Positions 11,942 to 24,291 of a stretch of DNA of 64,000 nt are shown here, in pieces (within the stretch, counting starts at the first letter, position 1; each line of letters starts with the position of its first letter). Source of the stretch: Lepidodermella squamata. Taxonomy: Eukaryota; Animalia; Gastrotricha. The notes under the pieces are model-generated. The model searched no databases. It saw nothing but the letters and a program-made list of their open reading frames with translations, and was not told the DNA's origin. Location of the stretch: contig JBLDXI010000002.1 in NCBI GenBank assembly GCA_047495785.1, positions 2,790,001 through 2,854,000 on the forward strand, written 5' to 3'. The translations under genes were made by a program, and so were the position numbers.

Positions 11942-14900
11942 CAATATGTCGGGTGCGTTCGCCCGCTCGCCCGGCCGGCGCCAGGCGCTGAGTGAGAACG
12001 GCCGTTCGAGCGCTAAAAGGTAGCGACGATGGAGCGGCGAGCGGTCCGAGGAATGCCGAAATCTCTCCTCTCGCTTGAAGCATAAAAGCAAAGCGGGGCT
12101 TTGATTCTTTCGATATTATTATTATTATTATCACGAGTGCGCGCCCGAGCACTTGCGCTCGCGCAAAAAACAACAATTATCGATGGCAATAAAGCGAACA
12201 CGCAAACCTTGCGCAGCGGCTGATTGTCGCCGCCGCCGCTTCTTGCGCCGCCGGCCCAACACACCGCCGAAACAGCCCGTTTCCATGGTCAAAGGACCTT
12301 GTCGTCGGAAGAGCCAATGTACAAAACACGCCACAACAACAGCAAAACAACAGTAGTCGAGAGTCGAGAATTCAAAATAGACCGCACAACACCTTTCTAA
12401 GAATAATCTGGTTTGTTTTCTACTAATACTCGCTATCGGCCAAAGCCAGGAAGAAACAGCCAACGGTTATTTCTTGTCGTCGATTTGCAGCAGGAATTAT
12501 ACACGTACTCTCGTTACGAAAAAGTTTTATCTTATCGCTGGAGGCGAGCGGCGCAATTACGAATCGCAGCACAGCCACCACCAACACTGAAAATTCACGG
12601 GTGGTGGCGATGGCGGCGGCGCAGTAGTAGTATTTGTGTTGTAAATGTAAAAGAATGGGAAAGCCAGCCAATTTGCGCGCGATAAAACGAGAAAAACGCG
12701 AGTGGGGCGGAAACTTACGTTCGTTAGCCGCGGCATCGTTTTTCCCACCACTTCCACCGCCATTTTTCCAGCCAAAAGTCATGCCGAGCAGGTGAGTTGC
12801 AGCCAACGCCGGCAGTGGACGATTACGCGTCAACATTTGAATTCGACTCAGAGACTGGCCGCTTGAGCGATTCCCATTTACCACCTTGAAAAAAACAAGA
12901 ATGAATAAAAATGTTAAAATCTTGAAAAATATGATATTCAAATTTTATGGCTTAATTTTGACGCTGTTCAAATAACTCAGAGGCCATTGTTACAAGGCAA
13001 TGAAATACTGCCATTGATAACTCTAGTGCAGCCATGACTTTGGTTTAGGAAGAACTTGATGTGCACTCGAGTTTCGAGGGCTAATACTAGGGAAAGGACG
13101 AAGAGGTACGTATATACCCACACGAGTAAAAAATATTAAGGAGGATTTTCATCGTGTTTAGACCTTGTGATGAGTTTTAGGCACATTGCTACTGCCCCTT
13201 CGCCAGCGTTTCGAGCTAAACAATGAGACTTTTTCGGTTGAGCTTGGCGAAGACGGCGTCGATCGGGTGGTACGACGCTGTTCGATGGCAGCCGCACTGC
13301 CTGGTGGTGATGACAGTATAACCGTGTCACCGCCCTCGGTTATAGCTGGGCGATCGCCGAGACATAGAAAATAGCGCGACAATGACGACTTGCGGCGCCT
13401 GCTCGACATTATGCGCACGAGCGAGTCTTGGAGTTATTGGAAATGAATCATAAATAAAGACATCGCGCCTTCTTTTTTCAGCGCGTCAGGTCATTGTAAA
13501 GAAACCTATAACTTCAAGGCCGTACGGTGAATAATCAAGTACATTGAAGCATGAATCGGGTGGATGAAAGAACGAGAAATCGGACAACGAGAAAAGGAGA
13601 TTGATTAACGCGATTGCACTGTGTAGTAAATCGTCGGAGCTACACGCTGAGAAAAAAACTAAGCGAGCAGATAAGCTCATATAATTTCGGGAATAGATCG
13701 GCGCCAGGTAGTAGTTGTAATAATAGTTGTAGTTAAATCGGGAGTAATTTGTTCGTATCTGGCGCTGGCATCAGCGATTTGGCATACAGCAAGCAACAGG
13801 CGTGTTCAGGGAACACACGCGTTTGGCTGCAATAACGAAAACAACGGCTGGTATTAATAACAACACATCGCAGTGTCGGCCGCCACAGGACTGTAAACGC
13901 TTCACTAGTACCACAATATGCAAATGAGCTTGGCGAGCAGGTAACAACACGTTGAAAATGATCGCTCTAATCGTGCTAGTAATGAAGATGATGATGATTA
14001 CCTATGATGAATGTGTCGACGAACGAACGACTCGCCGCATTATAGGGGTTATATTCGTTTACGCGGTGAAACCGCCTTAATAAATACAGTGGGTCTAATC
14101 CACTAGGTAGCCACGTTTATCTGCTGCCGTAGTGGTAATAAAGTCAAGTACGAGGCGCGCAATGCCAGCGAACCCAGCCGGGCTCTCGAGATTAATGACA
14201 TGGAGCCGCCCCGGGCCGTGCCACCCCCTCTAAATATCCATATTCAACAGCAATAGCCTCACTTGACAACTAATATTACCAGCAAATAACAAAGCTCGCG
14301 GGGAAAAAACAAGGCACTTGAGCGAAATCTATATAGGAAAATAAGTCTATAGGAACTTCACTAGAAGTCAACTCAATATAGCCGGGCGGAGGAAGAGTGC
14401 AAACAGAAAATACTAGGGTGGTAGGTAGCAACCTAAACAAGTCAACACATTGTTCTTTAAAGATGATATGAGAACAAAATAATTTATAAATACATGCGTT
14501 GGTTCACTGAATAATTTTAGATGGTGGCAGAAAGAATTGTCAGGTCGTGAATTAACGATGATGGGCGAGAATATAACGGGCGATGAAAGTAAATCTTAAG
14601 CACGTGCAGGCAGGCTCACGGTGAACATGGATTAAGTGAAGAGTTGTTGCAACAGTCAGGTAAAACAAGACTGAATGTATGCGGAGGATTTGCATTAAGT
14701 GCCATAAAAAATGCGATGTGGTCGTAAAATCGGGCGGTTATATATTATTTTTGCAGTTCGGTTGAGTAATTATAGCACATCCCAGCTCGGGCCGTTTTTC
14801 TCGCAGACTCTTTCAGGTGAGACAGAGACTTTTTTATCGCACTACATATGTTATACAATAGACGTGATGAGATGCTGCGCTGAGTTACAGCCGATATAAA

Positions 14901-15294
14901 AAACCTATTTATGCACGGTTTTTCGCTCCTTGAAACCGCTATTCAATTTTTTTAGAATCTGGAATAACACGATTTGTCAGAGACCCGGTGAATAAGCTAT
15001 ACTACACAAGAGACAAAAATGCGCTCAAGAGGCCAAAAAACGGAAAGAATGGTTTTCAGTCTCTTGAGCAAAAAAACATTAATCAGGCACGCCGGGATCA
15101 AGGTCACTTGATGGATTATTTAATTGCCTCATGCCTCGCCCATTTTAGTTCCAAGATGATCAAAATTTGATCCTCAATCCACCTTAATATTCATCAACAA
15201 ATAATCGGAAAATTAAATAACTAACTAAACTAAAATTCCAAACTATTAATTTTTTAATAAAAAGGCTGCTATTTCACAAAGGGGCAGAACATAC

Positions 15295-16470
15295 CTCGGG
15301 TGAAGACAGGAAATTGTGTCCACCGCTGCTATCATGAGGATCGGTCTCATCGCTTGAAGACGATGATGACGACGAGATGCGGGCCGAAGATGACGACAAC
15401 GTCGACGAGTTTGACGACCCACCCACTGTTGTCTTTGATCGCCTCGGCCGACTTGGCCTCACCACCGCAACTGGTTTATCGCCCGAAGATGGAGCCACGG
15501 GTTCAGTCGACCGTAACAGTTTCACGCTGCCGCCGAATCGCAGCAATCGGCTTGCTGCTGAATTCCGCAGCGTGCCATCGTTCGCCTGTTGCTCGCCGAC
15601 CACCTCTGGCACAGGTTTCGACAGCAATGACGCGACTTGCTGTTGACAGCCGTAATACGCTTTATGCATACGATCGAGTAACCCGGTACTTTGCGACGGG
15701 GACGACGAGAGCTTGGCTTGATCGGCTGACGGGCGGCGGGTAACGGGTTGATGCGCAAGTTCCCTGGTACTGCTGACATCGGCGACTCGCAGGGAGTCAG
15801 CACTCGGCTGGCGCCGCGTCTTACTTCGAAACGACTTTCGAATCACCTGAGGCGTGACGGCGAGAATGTGCATTAGCCGGCTTCGAACATTGCTACCATG
15901 CTGTTGCTGGGTGTCTTCCTCAATAGGCTTCGATAGAGTCCGCCGGTCGACGGTACTAGCAGCGCTATCGACTACGCACGATTGGGTCATCAAGTCAGGC
16001 GGAACGAATTGCCAATCGGCATCGATAGCTTCCCGTTTCGAACTGCGTGACGAGGCGCGGCGAATCAAGCCAGGAACTTGTTGCTGGTGTTTAACAGTCG
16101 ACTCATTCGACGAGGCGGCTGATGAGCTCGGCGATGATAAAGCCTGGTAAAGGCTCGAGGTCATGCGATCGCCCCCGGAAGAGTACGCCTCATCCGGCGA
16201 CATCGGCACCATCATCGACTGCGACATAATATCAAACTTCTTATCACTTCGCCGGAGAACCAGCGGCGTTGCATGATACGTAGTTTGGCGGGGTAGGTGA
16301 CGAATCGAACTTCGCCCAAGTTGGGCCGAATTGTTGCTTTTGATCGACATTGCGAGGCAATGGGGCCTGGTTACGACTTCGCGTTTGCAACTCGCTTCGC
16401 CAGAGGAAAAATCGTAATAGTTTTCTTCATCGATCTCTTCGATAAATTCCTTGACAAAAGAAACAAACAA
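15295..16470 (-). CDS. Large Ser-rich disordered coding exon, probably an alternative 5' exon of the RhoGAP gene
   Basis: About 390-codon open frame, similar in composition to the RhoGAP low-complexity region. Strong donor GAG|gtatgt at 15295 (phase 0), compatible with a weak phase-0 acceptor at 10802. Confidence 0.55.
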
Positions 16471-19400
16471 ATGTAAGTATAATGTCTTGAAATAATCGAC
16501 GCCGGAAGCAGGCTTAATGTCACGACGCTTTTTAACTTAGGCCTAATGGTCGTCAAGACGCGCTGACTGCCAAACGCGATCTGTCTATGCCGGCGAAAGG
16601 ACGGGCGCGTCTGGTCGGCGACGTCCGTCCGTTGTTTACGCCGTGCCAGCGTTTCGCGTTCGTTTTCTGGCGCCCGGACGGACGTATCTTTGCGTTTCTT
16701 TGCGCGCGCATCGCAATTTCACGCGCTTATTTGAGCGCTGCTGACCACCCGCCCACCATCGCATATCAACTTAATACAGGGCAAACAACGCTACAAAATT
16801 CACGACGAGCAATCTGCAGTGTGTTTATAGAAAATAACTCGGATAACGAACGTTAAAACGATTGTCACAATTTCTTTAACTCAATTCCGCCGCGATGATG
16901 GCATTGTTTGTTTATAGCGAGATGGCACTTGCTTCCTGCGCTCCCTAATCATAAATAACATCGCGGGCGGCAAAATATGCGCAGTCGCATCAAAAGTTGC
17001 GAAAATCGAATCACGCGCTGGTCAAGAAAAAACAGTGTCATAAAATTTAAATCAAATTTTAGCAACGAGTCTCCGTCGGATAAAGGCGCCAATTTTTTAC
17101 AGGCCTGATGGGGTCGAGAACGCGCGGCGGCGTGTTGCATCTTGTTAAATGCCTTGTTTTGCTGGTATTTTCGCCTTTGTTTTGTGCTGGAGATGAATGC
17201 CGGCAATGAGCTCATCGCTGTGTTTTTCCAAGAGACATAGCACTAACAAAAAGTAATGATCCACTTGTAAAGCCACCGTTTTTACGCGGTTTTTACCGGT
17301 AAAAATCTAATAAAGTGAAGTGACGAAAATGCTAATTTCCTGGCTATAACAACGGCTCGCTCGCTCGAGGGTCTATTATACCGCAGCCATATCTTTGACT
17401 GAAAAGAAGCTTTGTCACTTGAAACCGGCCGCGTTAAATAATGCATTTATTGAAAATTCTTAGTCGCAGATTTACAGAAAAAGCCAACCTAATAATAACC
17501 GAGTCGCCAGTAGTAATATTGCGGCTATACACAGGGCGCTCGCTGCCTTAATCCAAATGCACGCACAGTGAGGGGAAAAAAATTACGCGCGCATAACTGG
17601 GATTGTTAAAATAAAATGCTATGATAATATACCACGATTTATGAAAAAATTCGCTATAGAAGGTTCGCTGCTGCAATCAGTTTTATTGCTGATTATTATC
17701 ATTTAGAAAAAATGCGCCGTGAAAATATTTGCGCATCGAATAATGAACAAGGCGCGCAACGCGCAACGCTTCACGGCGCCGCCCTACTGGTATTTTTATT
17801 TATTACCAACTGACTGCAGATGAAACAACACCTTTTGAAAAGGCGAAAGAGAGGGAGATGTCGATCGAGGGCGTTAAACAACACGCGCAGGCAGATTGTG
17901 TTGCCGATAATCGGGACGCAGTTAACACAAAAAACAGCAGCAGGCGCAGCAGTGCCTACTCATCGCGTTGGCGCCCACTACAGCTAAAGTGACTTGTTCC
18001 GACCTCTACTATAAACGCATGAAAGCTTTCAGCCTGTTTTATTTGTTCGACGATGATCGAAGAGTGTAAGTATGTAGTTGAAATGGGGTGGGGGCGGTAA
18101 AAGCGCAAGTTTTCGGTTACTATTCCAGCAGAGATTATACCTACTCATCATCGCAATAGTATTGTTTTTAAATAGAGCAGCGATTTATTAGCCGTATAGT
18201 ATAGAGCGCGCTTCCTTATCGCAGCTCGCTAATTCGGCCCGTGCGATGGCGCGCTGTTTGTACAAGTGCTTGCCCTTCCGCTCATCGTACATAGTGGATG
18301 ATAAATAAAAAATAGCTATCAGCAGTCGTCGGGCGCATCATCAGCTTTGCTTGTTTTGCTCGATTGCCGTTTAATTAGCTGCTGGGCACTCTGCTGGCCC
18401 CGCTCGGCCATACGACCAGTTTTTTTTACCTGCTGGCCCTTGTAAGAAGCCACCGCCAGCAGATAACTCGCTATGATAATCCGACCACTCGGGCGTGCTT
18501 TTTTGTTGTTGGTTTAACGACATTGTTACTGCCGCTGGGATAATAATATAAAAAAAACAAAGCCGGGAACGCGGCTCCAGTACGCGAACCAGGGCAGATC
18601 GCTTTCGCTGACGACGTGAGAAAACGCAGAGGGGCGCTGCTAATCACGCAAAAAACCACGCGCGCAGTAAAATTAAAGACGATGATGATGCGGACAACGG
18701 AACAGAAAACGAAGGGAATATGAAGAAGAGATAATGTGGGTCACGGCGCTATGTTTTTATTGCTGGGGGCCTCGCGTTAAATGGTAACAAATATTAGGCC
18801 TGTGTCTGCGCCGCGTGTTGGTTGACCTGCCTTTTCGACTTGGTAGTCGCGAGCGACTGGTAAACACGTTTGCGGCTCAGATCGAGGCCAGCACGTCCGA
18901 TGCTGAGCGGCACCACACAAGGCTCTGTAACTCTTTGTACGGGTCAAACAAGGCGCTGGTGATGGCGTTACGAAATGCGACAAAAAGTGACAAGTTACCC
19001 CGGCGGTTGCCTAATCGAAGGCACGCGCGGTGGAATTTACTAGAGTGCGCGCATACCATCTATGACTTATTACACGTGACTATTATAACTCACCTGCATC
19101 ATCATGTTCTTTTTCTAGTGCCAGAATCAGCAGAAAGCAGCTCGACGTGGCGGTCCAAATTTACATAATGAATTAATCGATTGATAAAACGTTAAATATA
19201 CACATATTCCTACGTAGAAAACAGAGTGTTTTTCGATAAAAGTTTGATTAAAGCCGGCGTTTATGCATTTTTAAGGTGGTTGCCGGGTGAAAATGACAGA
19301 TGACAGGTTGTTCTTCTTACATCGCTTTGTTTATTGTCGTTTAGCCCGTTTGTTTACGCGACGCCATTTGCTGCCCGTTTTGTTGCCATTTGTGCCAACT

Positions 19401-22400
19401 GCAGTAAAAATCGACTGGAATTACCGGCCGCATGGACGCTAAACGATAGTACTGTAAAACTACGAACTGCGCCATCGCCAGTCAATCATCGTCAGCGAAT
19501 GTAGTTTAAATAATGACATATTCAGCTTGCCGCAAATACAACATGGCCAATTTGCATTATTTTTAGCGCATGGCCGAGGTGGGATGCTAAAGCGTATATT
19601 ATGGCGATATACTGAGGCGTAATAACCAAGGAAAACAAAAAATTAATAGCGGTAATTGCCTTTCCTATAGCAGCTCTATGATCGTTAGACAAAGATAGAG
19701 TTGGGTACATTTGGAAAAATTTGACGAGAAATATAATTTCGAACGAACGAACGCCACCCGCCCGCTCATAATCTCGGAAGCTGTGGTATAGACGGGTGTA
19801 TACTATAAGCCAATAGATAAATATCGCAGTAATAAATAACGATGGAGAGATATGCGGATTAATGAGGCTACTCTCGAGGCCCAATTACACGCCCGCTCGT
19901 TAGTTATTGTAGGATACCATAGCGATGCTGAGGCGCGGGCGCCAAAAGATAACCCGCATAAACATCTGTCCGAATTCGACGTTTATGCGCCGGCGTGTGA
20001 GGTCACGGCCTTCGATTGGCGTTAAATAAGTCTTGCGCAATGGCTTTGCTCATTAGTCAACTAGCTGAGGGCAGTCGAGTCAGACGGCCGGACAAATCCA
20101 TCAATTAAAATTCGAAAAAAGTTGCACGCTTTCGGGAATAATATGCGAGCGACAATATAATGCGTTGGCAAAAATAAAGCAGTCTGTGTTGGAAATGTCA
20201 CGTATAGTTGCGACGTGAACAAACAAACAGGTTGCTGAAAACCGATAATTATATTACAGTTAGTTTCAAAAAGGGAGCGTCAAGTTGCTTGCTCAAGTTG
20301 CGCGCGTGTCTCGCGCCAAAATTATAATATTTAAAAGTGTGTCGCGATGCGTCGGTGCCTCTCTTCAGACGTATTACAGCTAGACAACGCGGCTTATTGT
20401 AAGACCCTCCTATCGCGCATATCAATATAGTAATAATAGTACAGCCCAGGCTACCAGCAATCGCACTCAACCCATCACAGACACGCTATGCTTGGGTCAC
20501 TCTCTTTCTTTATTGCAATAATGCCTCTGTTGAATTTCAGCATGACAAATAATGATATAGTGTTGCCGCTGTTGCGTTCCCAGTTTTCGTTCGCTGGGAG
20601 AAGAAATAATTTTGATTCAAAGCGCACGCTCTCATGTATGCGCCCCAATTCATGGTAACAAATTGGTGAATTAGCTGACATGCATGTAGCTCGTTCGCCG
20701 AGAATACGAAGCCAGCTCTGGCCTTGGGCTCTGGCGCATAAACCCGAAATTGCGAAAGTGAGTTAAACTTGATATTCAGGTACGCGAATGACCGAAAACA
20801 CTGAATTATGCGTTCCTGTGGCCGCATTGCACGAATTCTCCGGTGGAAATGGTCAAGCGATCAAGCAACTGCAGAGCTTTCTTTTTCGATTATAAATTTA
20901 GGCAAAACGCAGTCGCGGGTGAAAATTGAAAAATAATCGAACGGTAATGGCGATCAAGGCGAAGAGACTAATCGAACGGGGAGGGTGGCCGACGCAATGA
21001 TACACATTTTCCCATTGTATCATCTGATTTGTCAAATCGTTTGCTGCTAACTACCTAACTCATGTTTAGCGGTTGAATTTCGTATTTTCAATTGAGAACT
21101 GAGGATAAATGGCAGCGCATTATCAACGCTGCCAGCGTGATCGGCTGATGTCTCGATTTGCTTTTGCCAACGTCAACTTGAAAAATTATTCCAAACGCTT
21201 ACAATTTTGATTACATTCTGATCCGGTAGACCAAGCAACAGCGAAAACACCAAAAAACAGGCGATGGTTGATCTTGCTTTATCTGTTTCGAATAAATCCG
21301 GGTAAATTTCGATTCAACTATGTAATTTCATTAGGTATCCCAAAATGATAGAATTTTTTTCGAGTCAGATTCATTTGCGAATGAGGCTGCCGTGTACATT
21401 TTTTCGAGCAATCGCATCTAAATGTTGATGAAAGTAGTCGAATATAAAATTGAAATAATTTTCGAATATATTCGAATTTGAAGCATTTTCGAAATACAGA
21501 CAGCGTTTTCCGCAGCGAGCGTGGCAATTCGAATTCAGCTTCGAATTCTGGATTTGGGCATTTCTTCTTCAAATATCTCACTTCAGATTACCTTCAGAAA
21601 ATAGCATAAAGATTTATAGCGCATATATTTTTTTTAAATTCTAGATCAACTGAAATTTTATTTAGCGCGCATTTGCAGAAATTAATCTTTTTATTGGTAT
21701 ACTTTGAAGCCTATTTTCCAGCAACCTATCAACCTCTCTTTGATATCGTTTGACTCGACTCCTCGGCGATTATTGATCTCGCAAGCAGCATCAACATATC
21801 ATGGTGTCAAACATTTCGTTAAACCCTACTTTTCACTTGTTATAACAGTCGAATGTAACATAAAGATCGCAAGTGATTAAAGTGCGCATTTCGAATTCAG
21901 CGTAGCGTGTTATGCATTACGCATAGTTTCTATTTGAGATGCGCGTCAACCTACATCGAAGGTCATATCGCTGTAGGTAGACATCTTCTTGGTCCCATCA
22001 ACGCGGCTCTTGTTTAGCCGAAAACCCCAGCGGCATGTTAGGGAATCTGCTGCGTTTTACCGGCAAACGGGGAGACTTTGCCAACCGGGGTAACTTTTCC
22101 ACAGAAAAATGGGGCGACTTTCGCTTAGCTATATCTCAGAGGTATCCAGATGAAGACCCCTTGAGTGGGATACCGTCGGAAAGCCCAAGAAATGACCAAC
22201 TGGTAGGCCTTGAACATACTGGATACAATACCTGGCGATTAAACACAGGTAAAGTTGAGCGAAATAGCACAGTTTTCAGCAGAATTTAGATGACTCCAAA
22301 AGTCGACCAGGTGTGATCATAATGAAATAACCTTGTCATTTTCGAACAGTCCCTGACACAAGTTATCCAGCGGTACCCCTCTTGTGAGGCATCCGGCTAC

Positions 22401-24291
22401 AACGTATATAATTAAATTCTCCATCATCGGGGCTTTCCACTGACATCCTACTTGTTATGTATCATGCCTGAAAAAATGGCATCGTTTGTGATCTAAACTC
22501 GATCGCAAAAACCTATGGCAATGTCACCCCACTCGCTAAAGTCTGATGCTAGGTATTTTGACGGTAATTTTGATGCTAGAAATAAAAATTGCAGGAATGA
22601 TTTAGACCATTCTTTTGATTAACAACATTACTTCTTACTGACGTTAAATTCCCTACCCGAAAATTGGCAGATTGACGGCATACCTATAGTATTGTTAAAT
22701 GTAGGTATAGCTGTGAGACTTCCTCGTGAATCGCATAAGTATTGTTCGGATTTGCAACGCCACTTGGTCTCTATAGTGTTCCAGCGGTCGTTTATCTGGC
22801 GATTGAACCTTTTTCGAACTTCGTGATCGAAATTCATATAAAGCCTTTTGTCGGAAGTTCCTATTTTTCCAATTTTTCAATTTGGATAAAAAGTACTGGA
22901 AAAACTAGGTTATCACCGGAATCTGTCAGCTTTCAGTTGGTATATCATCTGAATGAATCCTAGTCGAAAATATGAATTCAGAATTCTGCAATAACGACGC
23001 TTTTCGAAGCAACAGTAAACAATCTGACAGCCGGCCGTTTCTCGGATTTCATTCACCTACAACCTGCCTGCTGCCGCGTGCTCGAAGGTTGAGCTTATTT
23101 TTGATCATCGAGATGTAAACACCCCGTTTTTTGCCAGCTGTTTTCGCCAAGTTTGTGAATTGCACGAAGGTTAGCGCGGGTACGACGTTCATTTTTTTTT
23201 GTTTTGATATAAGCCTTGAGCGAAATCCTAGCCACACGGCGGCGTTGAACTTGCTACTACAGCTAGTAGTAGTAGTTGTGAACCTGTTTCGGCCAAAAAC
23301 AAATTAATTCAACCTTGAAAGTAGACTGCGCACAACCTGACCATATTCAACGTTTATTAGATATATACAGCAAAAAATAGAATAATGTAGTTGTATTATT
23401 AATTGTGGCTGTAGTAGTAGTATATAGTAGTAGTATTAAATAATGGTAACAGCGCATTTCTAACATTTTCAATAAATATTCCAAGTAATACAATATAGCA
23501 TGACGCTTTAATCTTATGCGCTGTGCCTACAAACCATGTTTACATTTTAGCTTTGAGTGAAATTCTACATTCTAAGTATTGGTTTTTTGCGTCAGTGTTT
23601 TCAAGTCAGAGAGTCACGCGTTACAAAATTTGCCGCTGAAATTATATGAAAAATCGATCGGCGGGGCGTGACGTTCTCCAGTATATAGCTTTTTTCGGAC
23701 ACGCCGAGAAAATAACGTCTGCACTCGCGCAGTAGTACAGGAAAACCCGACAATCGTGCGTTACGCTGCGATTCAGATATACACGAATTAATCGATAAAT
23801 TTAAACAGGTGAGAAAGAGACAGCGTGTGCGCAGGGACGAGACGCCGTTTCGGCGCAGGGTAGCAGCTATGTGTGTGCATATATAGACGAATTAATCATT
23901 GAGGCGGCTGGGAACTACTACACGCCGCCACAACCTGATCAACAATGTGCGTACGAATACTTTTGCAGCCGACTACACATAACAAGAAAAGCCCCGTCCA
24001 AAATGCAGCAACGCATCACGTGATCACGCGAACGATAGCATTACAGTCCCAGAGCAACAAATCATGTAGTATCGAGAATGATTTAGCGTAAATATAGCCG
24101 CGGTTGCTCTACTAAATATCAGTATACGCGCCTATAGCAACCGGAAAAGTGCGATTTTTAACGCGCAGGCAACACTGGATATTATTATCTTGGTCTAAAA
24201 AAATAACAAGAACGAACCAACTAAGTATAGATATGTAGTAGCGCAATCAGAAAAAAAGCAAATCAAGTTCAAAGACAATTCCGTTCATGAA

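Noticed and set aside
11079-12941. Cluster of 60-180 aa ORFs
   Set aside because: Low-complexity CpG-rich and trinucleotide-rich sequence with no motifs or consistent splice structure; more likely promoter or intron.
21400-22600. TTCGAAT-rich stretch and weak inverted similarity around GGAAAGCCC
   Set aside because: Probably old MITE debris, but no ends or TSD could be defined.
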